NCBI GenBank assembly: GCA_973895155.1
Contig: OZ316891.1
Location: forward strand, 17,978,095-18,042,094
Direction: 5' to 3'
DNA: 64,000 nt
Origin: Marsupella aquatica
Taxonomy: Eukaryota; Plantae; Marchantiophyta
The notes under the pieces were generated by a model. The model was not told the DNA's origin and did not search any database. It was given only the letters and a program-made list of their open reading frames with translations. Each line of letters opens with the position of its first letter. Position 1 is the first letter of the stretch. Below, piece after piece: positions 1 through 12,937 of the stretch. A program made the translations under genes and the position numbers.

Positions 1-499
1 AAAAAATTAACCGATTACCCCATTGATGGGCATATTAAAATGGCCACCCTCTTCTAATAATTAATGTTTTCATCTTGGGTAGGGTATGGGCAGGCTCAAG
101 TAGCTTGGGCAGAAAGTTAAAATAAAACAGCAGCAGGCCATCAACGGCAGAAAACATAGGAAGAGCAAAGAGGTAACAACCATCTATCCACAAAAGAACC
201 CTATCAATATAAAAGAAGGTGTCGTCCTATAGGTATCCCAAGGCCAATCCAAGTTGTAATGAGCAGACCAAGGGATCAAAAGGCAAGACAAACCTTATGT
301 AGACTCGAGTGGCGAATACTCAACTAGAGAGTAAGTTCTACCCTACTTTAACCAAAAGTCAATGGCTAGAATATCAAACCTATACTCAATGTTGATTAAG
401 GCCTTAGAATAGCAACTCTTCAGTGAGTAACAATAGTTGGACTACAATACCTAGAATCCTAAGTTGTTCCCGTTCAAGTAACAATTTGGCCTGAGTGAG

Positions 500-1010
500 T
501 CACCCATTTTTCCTGCTCAGGAGCGATGCTAAAGCTACTGCATTCAAATGGTCAAGAGCTTTGGAGAAGACCTGCAACTGGTCAAAAGTCCTCCGCCTTG
601 ATCTGCGAAAAGTTTGACAGTTTCAGTCCAACCAAATGCACCACAAAGTCCGGAACAAGAGGAAAGTACACAACATATTCAAAGGTGCTTTCCCCACAAT
701 AGATAGGAGAAGCCCAAGTATACTCACCCTACCAATCACCAAAATACCATGTAGCCAATCGCTAGCTTTATTCAGCAACAGACCGCATACCTACACAAAA
801 GAAAAATGTGTGGGATGGTCTCCACAATGCCAGTGCAAAGTGTGCAAAACCCGTCTGATTTGCAATCTGCAAAGCCCGATTGCCCGAGAAGAGGCCTTGA
901 GCCAAGATCCTCCACACGAAGGTTTTAGCCTTCATGGAAAGATCGGCAGTTGTGGTGCAATTCCCTCCGTTGAACACAAGGAAAACACCAAGAACAGATG
1001 TCTTTCAGTC
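500..1010 (-). mobile_element. LINE (L1-like) ORF2 C-terminal remnant (zf-RVT region), decayed
   Basis: Minus-strand KAKTFVWRILAQGLFSGNRA followed across frameshifts by CTGIVETIPHIF..C. This matches the W..K...FxWR...CxxC...ETxxHxFxxC pattern of plant LINE ORF2 ends. Boundaries are approximate. Confidence 0.65.
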
Positions 1011-1030
1011 AAAATCGGGTTGCTCTACAT

Positions 1031-3416
1031 TGTTAACTATGGATTAGCCGATCAGGAATAGCAATTTTACGTACATTTACCACAGAGATTATTTGGTTTG
1101 AGGTTTAACAAGATGGTACTCATACTTACTACGCGTCTATCCTCTACATTGGTATCTTTGGATTCTGCCATCAAAATATTAATATACCTGATCAACTTGA
1201 TAACTCAAAACCGTTTGAGGAATTCTTCAGAATACGTACACACTCAACCCGGCAACCAACTCCTTGCCTTATAAGTGAATTGAATGGGCAAATTCCAATC
1301 ACAACTTAGTTGCAATAAACAACAAGAACTCAGATAACCTCTATACTGTTGAAGCCAACTCTAGTAAAACACTCAACCACGTACACAATACTTTAGGCAC
1401 ACATTCTGCAAGCTCAGCTTTGCAACCAACTCAATTCAGACACTATACATGGGAATTGCAGTGTATTCTTTACTAAGTACTTTACATTGCCATCCAGCCA
1501 AGAACTTATCTATTCTCTACTGCTCAAGCTTGGGTGCATCTAACTTGACTAAGAACAAGCCCCAAGAGCCACGCTATGAAGGGATTTATCCTTACAACGT
1601 GCTCCCGAACCCTACCTACAATTTCTACAAACTTGAATGGGAATGACACCTCTCTAGTAGAGGACGCCTAGCTACCCATGCAATCCTACTACATTCCCTG
1701 GAGTCATTGCATGTTGCAATACTCATCAATCGCTTTCCCTACTCCTCGCATGATCAATGACCTCCTTGTCATCAAGAATGTCAGCATCCACTTATTGCTC
1801 TCATTGTCACGACTGGGACAAACCTCCTGGAATGACTGATTCTAAACCTGTCTCCCTCTTGTCTCTTCAGCTTCTCCGCCAAGGCCGTTCTCTCTAACGG
1901 CCAAATTATTTGTATTGGCCTAATGACCAATGTCGGGCCTAATCTCTAATTGGGCACGTCCCCAATGATATTTACATTCCCAATATTGGGTATATTCCCG
2001 ATATTAGTACTTGCTCCTGCGGGTCCTTTATTGACCAGCTTCTCTTTCTCCCCTCTAGTGTCGGTGTGGTCCCATCCCTTGGGCTCCTTTGGTACATCCC
2101 CAACTTTGGTAGTTTCTAAGTCAAACACAAAGTTGAAGACCTTATTGTGGCTTTCCCTTATTTCCTCCCCTAGCCTGGTGTAGAAGCATGCATAGAGTGC
2201 TGGACCTTGCCACCCAGCGCCCTCATCAATCCCAACACCCACACCTAAGTGCCCTTGGTGCCCAAACGCCTCCATGGAATACCTCAAGCAAGCAACTTGG
2301 TGCCCCTTGCACCGCCTACGGCCCTTGAGAGACTGAACGCGGCTAAGAGACTGAACACGGCCCTTGAGAGACTGAATGCGGCTAAGAGACTGAACGCGGC
2401 CCTTGAGAGACTGAACGCCGCCTACAAGCTCCCTTGAGAGACTGAACCTGGTTTTTGCCCCGTTGATGGTCTAGGGGCCAAGTGCCCTTGGAACTCAACC
2501 TCCATGCCTACTTGGCCTTGCCTCCCTAATGCAAGCTCCCTTGAGAGACTGAACACGGCTTGGCTGCTATTTCGACAGGATTTGGCAAGCGAGCAAGATA
2601 ACACCCACAAACCTCGAGAACCCATGGATCCCCCAGACCCAACTGAGCTCAGGAGGACGTAGCCCTCCTTGAGAGATTTCCAACGCACCCAAGAAGTCCT
2701 CCAACGGACTTCCCGTTGGGAAGATATTGTCGTTTCCGTTTGCCGTTTTCCCTTAGTATCGCGACAGCCGCGGCTCACGACTTTGGCTCGCCCTTAGTCC
2801 CCAAGGAAACATCACTTCCCTCATATATGATTTTGGAGACCTGCCACCCCCGGACCAGGTTTGGTCCCTAAACTTTTGGCCCCCAACCAGACCCTATCTC
2901 GCATATTGGGCGCGCCACCAACCAACAACGCCCATAACTTTCTTGTTAGGCATCCACAAGCGGAGTGCCTTAGCCCGTTGTGATTGGGCCAACCCAGTGC
3001 TCATGCCTAGGCCCTCAGGTCTCATTTCTGCTTGGGGTCCCCGATTGGCCAAACCCGGATGGGGCCATAACTCACGCCCCAGCGTTCGTAGCCCATGGCG
3101 TCAACTCCATTGGCCTTGGGCCCAAGAGGAGCACACACTCAAGCCCTCAAAACTCAAAGTCCATCCGGGGGTCCGAATGGTCGACCTTGAGCCCGACCCC
3201 TTTTTCCCCTTGACCCGACCAGCTCTCATCTAGCCTAAGTCCTTAGTGTGTGTCACCAACTTGGCGCTTTGCCTTCGCCAGTGCCACGTCTCATTGCCCA
3301 CAAGTCTCCTTATGTTAAGTCCTCCCCGAATGGCCCATCCGGGCTTGGACCATAAGGGAGCTCGGCGTTGGAGTCAGCGACGTCGGAGCTAAGTGTTAAG
3401 GTAGTCGAGTTCCACA
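1031..3416 (-). repeat. Putative 3' LTR of the chromovirus (~2.4 kb)
   Basis: On the minus strand TGTGGAACTCGAC starts at 3416, just after a purine tract. A candidate distal end (...GTTAACA) lies at 1031, where the LINE remnant is interrupted. The distal boundary is tentative. Confidence 0.5.
2318..2560. repeat. Tandem 18-21 bp repeat (ccttgagagactgaacgcgg / ctaagagactgaacgcgg) inside the LTR
   Basis: Six adjacent copies of the core AGAGACTGAA at 2318-2450 and one more near 2540-2560. Confidence 0.9.
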
Positions 3417-3420
3417 ACTT

Positions 3421-3436
3421 GCACCCCCCTTAAAAA
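3421..3436 (-). other. Polypurine tract of the LTR retrotransposon
   Basis: Minus strand reads TTTTTAAGGGGGGTGC a few bases upstream of the TG that starts the LTR at 3416. Confidence 0.7.
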
Positions 3437-3882
3437 TGGTCATGTCCGCATGACCTCAGTAAACGTTCCAGCACGCCTATACCACTTTAGGTCTTAAAAA
3501 TTTTATGAGGTGACAAATGGTTTGCCCATAAGGCTGATGCAAACCAAGTTGGTATGCGCATTCCACACTTAGGAAATTCCAACCTATCCCACTTATCCAA
3601 GTAGGATGCCAGTCCAAGCGGGTAAGCTAACTCCAAACTCGTTGGACCCATTGTCCTCCCCTTGGGGTACTCCCCTTTAGTTCGAACCAGCCCCGCCCAC
3701 AGATGTAAGGCGGGCACCATCAACTTCCACTCGCAAAAAACAAATCGGCCGCCCAACAACTTCTAGCACCCAAGCAATCCAACTTTATCCTCAAGTGGTC
3801 GGGAGGAGTGGAACTAGGATACAACTCACAAAGGTAGTTGCAGCTGCCTGTACCAGTTCACAACGGCGGTAGGCCACTTTGC

Positions 3883-4182
3883 TTACGATCTTCCAAGGAT
3901 CTCTGAGGCATTACCCAAATTTTCTTCCGGTTCCCAAGTACTCTTGGCCTGATCATAGCCAGCCCACTTCACCAAATACTCTAAGATTTGCCTTCCCAAC
4001 TTGCGTTTGTAATGGTGGTCCAGAATTGCCTCCACCTCAAACTCCTCAGCGTCCTCCACTAGCATGGCGTCCGAACGCAAGATCTCATCCTTGTTGGGAT
4101 CATCGTCTTTGACAAATTTCTTAAGCCAACTAACATGGTAGCTTTTGCCTACGCCCATTTGCTTTGGTGTCTCCAACACCAC
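3883..4182 (-). pseudogene. Integrase C-terminus with chromodomain
   Basis: YHVSWLKKF followed by FEVEAILDH...EYLVKWAGYDQAKSTWEPEENLGNASEIL. Confidence 0.92.
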
Positions 4183-5490
4183 TGAAACCGGATTATCCTT
4201 GTAGGCCCATCATATGATGCGATAGGGCCCCGCATATTTGGGAGCCAGCTTCTTGCTTATGTTCCCATGGTATTGTTCAGGTCTCAACTGCAACCAGACA
4301 CTCTCCCCAATTTCAAAGTTTACCTGGCGTTGATGTTTATATCCCCTTACTCCTTGTACCGACTTTGGGCAAGGGTCATACCCTTGGTAGCTGCTTCCAC
4401 AACTAGGCGCCGCTCTTGAATAAAATCATTTGAGAATGAACCTTGCTTTCCGTCCGCCAAGCTTCCGGATTTATGAATCACGAGGGCGCCCTTGGCGTCC
4501 TCCCTGTGGCCAACACAAATGGCGCAAAAGTTATACATAAATTCGACCATTGTTAAGTATTTTGCCCAATCCTTTTGATTGGCTGTCACAAAGTGACGCA
4601 AGTAGTCCTCCACAATACCATTCACCCGTTCTGTTTGGCCATCTATCTCGTGATGATACGCTAATCCCCTAGTAAGGTCTGTCCCGAATAACTAGAACAA
4701 CACCTTCCAAAAATGGCCCGTGAACTTGGTCGCGGTCGGACAGGATATGCAACGGCAATCCCCATTGTTGGAAGACATTGTCAAACACTAGACCGGCAAC
4801 CTCTTGAGCCAAAACCATTTTTGTAGTCGGCAAAAAATACGCCATCTTGGAAAAACAATTCACGATTGTTAAGATGGGTTACCGTCGTGGGACTCAGGTA
4901 ACCCAACAATGAAGTCCATGGAGATGGACTCCCATGGAGGCGCAGCTACTGGTAAGGGTTGAAGAAGTCCTCCTTTTGCCCTATAGACCGTTTGGTTCTT
5001 TTGGCACGAGTAACAATTTTGCATCTGGCAAAGGACCGATTGCTTCATGTCCGACCAATACACATCTCGCAACATGCTGCAATATGTAGCAACTTGGACA
5101 TCCGCCATGCCCTCCCCAAGGCGAGTCGTGGTACGTTTGCAGAACCTCTAACCTTAGGGACTCTGGGATGTACATTGTCTTTGCTTGTATCGCCATAAAT
5201 GGACATTATGCGCGGTATCCAACCCCAACAAAATGTGCCTTACCTTGCCTTGGCTACCCCCATTGCTTTGCCATTCCTTAGCTAACCTCTCATCCCCATA
5301 CGCCTTGGCCAGAACCTTTGGCGTAATCCCATTGACACGATGATGGTCCTTACGCGATAATGCGTCAGCTGCCGTGTTTGTCTTCCCTGGAACGTGACGG
5401 ACTTCGAAATCAAAATCCACCAAGAACATCTGTCAGCGCATTTCCTTGGGGTTTAGCCTTGGCTTAGAACGGAAGTACCCGACTGGTGAG

Positions 5491-6519
5491 CTATCTGTGT
5501 GTATTACCACTTTTGGGACCATTCTTAAGGTAAATCTCCCACTTCTTCAACGCATAGATCACTGCATACATTTCCCTTTTCGGTGTGATCCAATGATTTT
5601 CCAACTTACATGACTCAAAGGCCATAGGACGCCCATCTTGGTGAAGACAGGCGCCAATGGCGTAATCACTTGTGTCTGTCAAAATCTCGAACGGCTTCCC
5701 CATCTCAAGTAACTTTAGAACCGATAGTGTTATCATTAGCCACTTAAGTTCTAGGAATGCTAACTCGCAATCCTGTGTCCACACAAATATTGTGTTTTTC
5801 AACGTTAGCGCGTTTAGGGGCCTCGCAATCCTTGCATAGTCTTTCATGTATCTCCGATAGAACCCCGTAAATCCTAAGAAGACTCTAACCTGCCTTACAT
5901 TGGACAGGCGCTCCCATTCTTTGATCCCTTTAAGTTTGTCCTGACTAGGCGTTATCCCCTTTGGGATAAAGGTATGGCCGAGGAACTGAATCTCGTTCAT
6001 TGCAAACTCGCACTTGCTAGGTTTAGCAAAGAGGCGAGCCTTCCGAAGGCAAGAGAACACTTCTCTAAGCAACTGCTCATGTTCCTCCAACGTTTTCAAA
6101 TAGATTAGGATGTCATCAATAAAGACGACCACTCCTTGGTCCAACAAGTCATGAAAGATGGTATTTATCATCTTCATGAACGTTGCGGTTGCATTACACA
6201 ACCCAAACGGCATAACCAAAAATTCATAGGATCCAAACCTTGTGCGCATCGCGGTCTTATACTCATGTCCCTTAGCCATGCGGATTTGGTAATACCCAGA
6301 CCGCAAGTCCACCTTAGAAAACTTCTTAGCCCCGGAGAGGCAATCAAAGAGGTCATCCATATGAGGTAGCGGATACTTGTTCTTTACCATCTCCTTATTG
6401 AGGGCCCAATAATCTACGCACAATCTCAAAGTACCATCCTTTTTGGACACAAACAGCGCGGGCGCCCCATAAGGACTCTTACTAGGATAAATGAACCCTT
6501 GGTTGATCAACTCTTCCAA
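5491..6519 (-). pseudogene. Reverse transcriptase-RNase H segment of gypsy pol
   Basis: 342-aa ORF with gypsy RT motifs ([19 protein letters not shown]) and RNase H motifs. Confidence 0.95.
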
Positions 6520-6653
6520 GGCGTTTTCAACATCATTCGTTCATTTAGGTTCAGACGATAAGGAGCTTTAGCTTGAGGAGCCGAACCTGGCTCCAACTCA
6601 ACTTGGTGATCCACTTCTCTCCACGGGGGTAAACCTTTAGGTAGCTTCTGTGA

Positions 6654-6953
6654 GGGTCATTGTAGCATGCGAGGAAACGGTAGAAATTTTACTCGCATGA
6701 GCAAAAAGTTTACTCACATGACCCCTAATTTTTCTATATGCAATTGCCTCGCTAAGAGTAAACTGCTTGATAACATCCATTTTGGGGACTTTGCTTTATG
6801 CTAGCGATCTCGCTAGTCATCTGGAGTCATAAAACACACACACGAAATAGAAAAGGCAGCAAAAAGCAAAATAAATTTAAGACTACAAGTGTCTCGCTAA
6901 CAATACTCCCCTCCCTAACAAAACTCTTGTTTGCTCGCATTATAGAATACCTC
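6654..6953. mobile_element. Mutator-like MITE (300 bp) inserted in gypsy pol
   Basis: Perfect 9-bp target duplication CTTCTGTGA at 6645-6653 and 6954-6962. Imperfect TIRs match at 18 of 25 positions. Removing it rejoins pol as ...DVLSQK-LPKGLPP.... Confidence 0.88.
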
Positions 6954-8673
6954 CTTCTGTGAGAGCACATCATTGAATTCCTCTAAAATTTTAGGAATTT
7001 GACCGCAGTTGGGCCCGACCTTAGTTGACTTAACCTTTGCAGCCTCCTTAACTGGGTGGAGAAGTCTTTCCACGTACCATTGCTTCACCGATACACACGG
7101 AGACAACCACGATACTTTACTTACTTTGAGAAATCTTTCTTTATTTTTGGTAATTTTGTGTACAACAATGGGCTCACCACCCTTATTGGGAAAATGGAGC
7201 ACCTCATCCCCCGGTTTTAAGGTAACATTGAGCTTTTTGAGATAACCTACCGACAAAATGAAGTCTACGGCTAGACCATCTAGAACATAGAACATCTCCT
7301 GACTAACAAATTTTGCTGTTTGCCTATGACCTCTACCCAAAGTCTATGTACCACTCTTGACACTATCCCTTTCGTGTTGTTGGCGAACTTGCACACTAAC
7401 GGTTGTAGCAACTCTTGCACATCCACCCCAAGACGTGTCGCCACTTGTCCACTTATGAAGCAGACGGTCGCGCCTGTATCCACCAACGCAACACCCAGAT
7501 TACCGTCAGAAGTAACATGATTCACAAAAATCAGCTTTTTAGGATCCATTGTCTTGACCTTAGGTACATTCTCTCACAACAACACCTTCTCTCCGGCAAG
7601 AACATCCCCTACAGGGACCTTGTCAACTACTAAGGGTTTGGTTAGAGCAATACTTACCTTTATGCCCTTCCGTCCTCCATCTTCGGTCGACTTGCCCCCC
7701 TTCAAGGGGCAGTCCTTACTTTGATGGCCCTTGGCACCACATGTGTAGCACGAACCTTTAGTTTGCCTTTGCTCCACGAGCACTTGCTTCTTTGCTTTTT
7801 GCGCCGATGAGGTTCCTTTCTTGAAGTTTTTGGCCTTCTGGTTACGCTTCACTTCTTCGTTCTGGGGCAGAGGATCCGAACCACCGGCCCCCGCCCCCTC
7901 AGGCTGCTTATGCTTATTCTCGAAAACTTTCGCTTTCCCAGCTTCCCCCTATGATCCCTTCCCACCCACCTTTGCCAAATCCGGCCGGTTATTCACCAAC
8001 CTAGTGGCCTTGTCGAAGGCGTCAGAAAACATTTAAACTCGTCATGCTTTTCCTGCAACTTTTCCCTAAGCAACGGCGGGAGCTTCACTATAAAGCTGTG
8101 AAGTTACGTATGTAGGGTCTCTTGCCCCGTCGGGATACACGCCAACTGGTTTTGGTAATAAGTTCACGATGAACTTTTGGATATCACCCCTGAAACTCAT
8201 CTCCGTTACACATTTCTGAGCGTGCCGCATCATCCTCTGGTTCCGCATCCAACCCTCTCAAGGTTGGGATTAGTTCCTCTTCTGGGTCCTGACCCTCTTC
8301 CTCTGGTTCAGTTTTTGCATTGTCGTCGCTTCCATCCGAGTCAGAGACATCATTGTCTGGCCTTGTGTCTGGCTCATCCTCTGGAGGATCAGCCACCTCC
8401 TTCCCTTTAAGTTGATGGCGCTCTGCACTTGATGTGTTTCCTGCGGCAGTCGACGGTTCAGCCGCCATGTCCTCGTTGTTGTGCTTGTAATGTTTCTCTA
8501 GGGAAGTTGACCCATCCTCCTTGTGTTCTTGTTGAACCTGGGCTCTCGCCTTGGTGGGGGGTGCCTGCTTGCCACTCTTTGATCGAGTGTTCTTAACCAT
8601 GTCTCCAGTGACCAAATTTGTCTGCAATCGACCCTCTAGGCATGTTGAAGCACTAAGTCCCTGCAAAAATCCG

Positions 8674-11602
8674 TTAAGATTCTATTTTCTGGGTGGCGTC
8701 CTCCAATTCCACCAGGGTCTCATCTAAATCCCCACGGGCTTGCTCCAACTTTGCTATGTTCTTGTCCAACTCCTTTTGTAAGGTCGCCCTCTCCTCCTGG
8801 GTTGCTTTCAGCTCCGCGTTGAGCTCATGGACAACATCAAACTCGATCTTATTCATTTTCTCGTAGGTTTGATCGAGCATGTCATCCTTCTTACGCAGCT
8901 TGGCTTGAAAGTTGACCGACAGGTCCTCAAGGTCTTCTTTTGACTTGTTGATGCCCCTGTAGGTCTCATCAAGTTTGCCTTTCTTCTAATGGAGGGCCTT
9001 GCGGCATTCTTTGATCTCATCCTTCAGTGCCCGCTCCTTCCTTTGGGCCTTGGTCATGGTTTTGTTGCAGACTGTTATGTGAGCTGCCTCTGCCTTCTTC
9101 AGCTCCTGCTTCCACTTCTCCTTCTCCTTGAGGGCTTTGACCAAATCTTCCTAAGCCTGGGCTAGTTGCCCCTGCATGATGCTTATTTCATGCTTCCTAA
9201 CTTGTAGCTCGTCTTGGGCCTGTTTGGCCGCCTTTAAATCTTCGGCCTTGGCTTCCTTCTCTCTTAGCCGCTGGATGATTTCCTCCTTCTTCATCCTCTC
9301 CAAGGCCAGTGCGTCCTCCAATTGGCTTTTCTCCAACATCTCTTTGTGGACGAAAGGCCCTATCTCCAATTCTATCCCAAAGATGAGTAGCCCGCACATC
9401 CTCCCATACTCCAGGGCTTTGGAACGTGCATAGGTGGAGTGGTTAGGAGATGTCAACATCTCCCAACGCGCGCGGCCTTCTTTCCCAAGCTGCCCTCTGT
9501 ATCTCATCAAACGTGGGCAAAGGCCCAACTTGAGTCCCTGCAAGACGCCGAATGTCCTCCGGCCATCCTCCGCCTGGCAAATCCTTCTCCTTGGCCAGGG
9601 TTGCTTCCTCCAGGTCATTGAATCGCTGCTGCAACTCGTGATCGGCTTGTTGTCTCTCATCATAATTTAGAGGAGGTATGTCTGGTGGGGGAGACTCCAG
9701 GCTCTTCTGATGTTGTGGATCCCCACGCACCACTTTTGGAAGTGTGGGGATAAAATGGCTGCAAGTCCGCACCCTTGGTACCGAGCAATCCAACCCATAA
9801 CTCAAGTCCTTGTGGTATTCCTCCACGTGCTCCCCGGTTTTTGGGCATCCTGGTGCCTGCAGATCCTCTCTAGGACTAGCCGCAAACCCGGCGTCCTGCC
9901 TGGAACTATGCATGCGTGCGGCTTGCTCTTCTGGCTCCTGCACCTGGCCTCTGCTTTCCTTCTCAGGACTGGGAACCGTGGGTCCATGTCCCTCGGATTC
10001 TGAACTAGAGTCTCCTATGTACCTCCATACTCTCGGCTCTTTTTCCGGCCTGCTTCTCTTCACGGCCCTGGCCATGGGTTCCCCTCTAGCGGTTTCTACG
10101 GTGCTACTTCTGCCTCTAGTGCTAGTGCCGCCTTTTCCTTCTTCAGTATCTGTAGAAGGCTCTGTATGGCCGGTTGTTGCATTGGCCCAGGTTTCGGCAT
10201 CTGCCAAAAGATCTGAGCTATCGTGGGGCTACCGGGTGGATCGGACTTCTTTGCTGTCGGCCTCTGCTCCGACTCCTCTTGCCTGCATCCTCCTTCAGGC
10301 GCTCCGGCGCTCTTGCCTGCAGGGGAAGGATTGGGGCAAAGATTTGACTTCGGGCATACCAGCACAACATTGGCATGTGATAACCCAGTCGGGACACACT
10401 CCCTTGGCTGATCACCTGTTGTTCCTCCTTCAGTATCTTCCTTAGTTGGTTGAGGAGGTACCCGTTGTAGTCCCGACTTGGGTATGGCCTCTCTGCCAAA
10501 TAAACTTGTGTTTTGCCAATCTTTGGCCTCGTCAAGTTGCAATGCATTGTCACCCACAAGAAATCGATCATTTCTCCAATATGCGGGTTGGTGCAGGTGT
10601 TGCGGAAGAAGCCATTCTTTGTTGATGGCCCAGGAATGTTCTAAACTCCTTGTCCAACAAGTTCTTTTGGGTTTCTACCTTAGCCTTGTCACCCATCGGC
10701 AAGCCAAATACTTCGGCAATCATGTTGGAGGTGAGATAGAAGTCCCTCTTGTAGATCTTGGTTGAGCTGGACTCATGGTCCCATGATCCCACAAATTCTA
10801 GTAAGTCTGACTCCGGCACCTTTGGCACCTCCGGCTTCAGCCACGACAATCTAACAAAGGTCTCTAAGCCTGATCCGGCCATGAAGCCTTGATACTTTTT
10901 GGTCTGCATGGTTGTGAAGCATGCATCCTCATCTCGTGCAAAATATAGCTGCACTGCCGGTGGTATCATTGTCGCCCAGCCCTTCCAGATGTCATCTTGG
11001 GTAGGGACAACATTGACTAGGTTGACCTCTGGTTCCTTGGCTCCCTCCTCTCTCTGGTTTCCTTGTTCGGCCGGCCTTCTTGATATTGCCGACCTCATCC
11101 TCTTGGCCGGTGTGTTTTCTTTGTTGTTGGCCATCTTTCTCTTTATTTCAGCCGCTCCGGAAAATTCTCCCAACACTATTGCTTTCATCCACGCCGCCGT
11201 GCAACCCTCCAGGTCCCAATGTTTGTCGTTGCAGCTGTTGATGGCCTGTCAGATGCCGACAATTCTGTTGTCTTGAATTAGAAGATCGTCAAGCTCATTG
11301 GTAGTAGGTGTCCACAAGAATTCAGCCTTGATGAATTCTCCTCCTAAGAAGGCCGACTTCTGCAATTCCCATAGCCAAGCAAGCTCCTGTTGCTCGCGGG
11401 CTGCTCTTTCTGATTCTTCCTCCTCGTAGGTCCCAACGTACTCACTTGCACGTTTGAATAGGCATCCCCAGAAATGTGCCGCTTGATTGATGTTGCTCAT
11501 TCCCTCCTCTATCGTTGCTCGGTAGTTGCTTATGCCCCCTTGTTCTCCTTTGCAACTGACAATCGTTGGCTTCTGTTTGCACTCTGTTTGATCAAGGTGC
11601 AA
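8674..11602 (-). pseudogene. Retroelement accessory ORF(s): Athila/Tat-type extra-ORF-like domain, low-complexity linker and long coiled coil; disrupted
   Basis: LLEFVGSWDHESSSTKIYKRDFYLTSNMIAEVFGLP (10568-11188) resembles extra ORFs of plant gypsy elements. E/K/Q-rich heptad-like sequence spans 8674-9400. Same strand as pol. Confidence 0.5.
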
Positions 11603-11929
11603 ATGTGAGCCACTACTCCTGGTGAACCTCCCTTACCCCCCTCCGGCCTGCGCTGCTTGTCTCATTTACTGATTACCGGCAGCTGCCTGCATTAACGTGC
11701 CTTAACCCTAATTATGACCCTTAGTGGCCGTTACTCCTCTTACTCCCGGCCTCGGCTCGGGTTCCATGTATACCCTTAATTGTTTATGGTTTTATCATCT
11801 TTTCCTCCTTATACTAGTGGATTTATTGTATACCGCCCGGTTTTACCTTTTACACAGCCCAGTGATTCCTGGCTAGGCATCACATAGCTCCCCACTTAAT
11901 TGTGAAGCATCCTTGCAAACAACCTCATC

Positions 11930-12246
11930 CTCGTCCATGTAGTATCTCTTTAGGCGGTCATAGTGTATGCGAACCGGGTATACTTCCCCTGTGATGTTAG
12001 CCAGTTGGACAGACCCATTGGAGAACTTCATGTTTACCCTAAAGGGTCCTAGCCACCAAGTGTAAAGTTTATCTGGGAACTTACTATACCTACTGTCATA
12101 GAGTGATACTAGGTCTCCGGTCTGGATACTAACTGGTTTCAGCTTTTTGTCGTATTGTTGCTTCATGGTATTCTGTCTATGTTCTACTCTTTCTGCTGAA
12201 ATCATTCTTTCCTCTTCTAAGGCCTCTAATTTATATTCTCGCTCTA
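11930..12246 (-). pseudogene. Second gypsy integrase C-terminus (non-chromovirus type), truncated by the CACTA end
   Basis: KQQYDKKLKPVSIQTGDLVSLYDS...WWLGPFRV...NGSVQL...RLKRYY carries the GPF/GPY module and has no chromodomain. Confidence 0.8.
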
Positions 12247-12937
12247 CACTAGAAGAATCCGAGCTCATCTGAGACGGCAATATGTGACTCATTTTGGCTC
12301 ATGTGACTTCATTGTGACTCAACGTGACGTGACCTAGGCTGTGACCCTTGGAGTTGTAAAAGTTGAGACCCAAAAATAGTAGTCACTATTGATACATGGA
12401 ATTGTGACTTGCTTGATACCCATTTGTGACTCTTTTGTGACTCTATCATGGAGTCTAGTCTTGTTTATAAGTGACTGTAATGTGACTTTAATTAGTCACA
12501 GGGTAAGTCACATCTGTGACTTACTTGCCATTAACAACGACTACCTTGTGGCATTTTAGTGTCACAAAATAGACCAAGGGAGACCCTGGTCCGGTCACAC
12601 TACACAACCATTTGGGTCTCTACATAGTCATTCTTATAACTAATAAGGTTGAGATGGAATTTAGGGAAGTCACAACCATAACAAATCCATAACTAATCCA
12701 TAACAAAACATGATATAAGTAGATCGAATATAGTATGTACTCATTCATAAGAATTGAATAGAATAACAATATTGCTGAAACATGAGCATCAATTCAATTA
12801 CAATAGAACTGTTTACATTATCGTCAAGGTAATTCAAAGAAAACAAGAACTTGTAAATTGATAATTGTTTGAAATAATTGAAAGTAAATGCATTGAATTC
12901 TAAAATCTACAAAGCATGACTCACACTACATTGCATG

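Larger units (their letters stand above)
3883..8600 (-). mobile_element. Ty3/Gypsy chromovirus gag-pol, pseudogenised
   Basis: Domains in minus-strand order: gag with CCHC knuckle CYTCGAKGHQSKDC (~7700-7750); aspartic protease ALVDTGAT; RT ([28 protein letters not shown]); RNase H ([12 protein letters not shown]); integrase (HDSPWGGH, WESISMDFIVGLP, YLRHFV); chromodomain (EFEVEAILDH..EYLVKWAGY..STWEPEENL). Multiple stops and frameshifts. Confidence 0.95.

Noticed and set aside
2249-2437. Repeat protein ALERLNAAKRLN
   Set aside because: It is simply the translation of the LTR tandem repeat.
8600-8616. TGGTCACTGGAG on the minus strand as a primer-binding site
   Set aside because: It is not preceded by an LTR end and does not match the usual tRNA-Met PBS TGGTATCAGAGC.
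9810-10445. 211-aa plus-strand ORF and similar long antisense ORFs (13101, 27440, 22877)
   Set aside because: They are shadows on the opposite strand of real or retroelement coding sequence.
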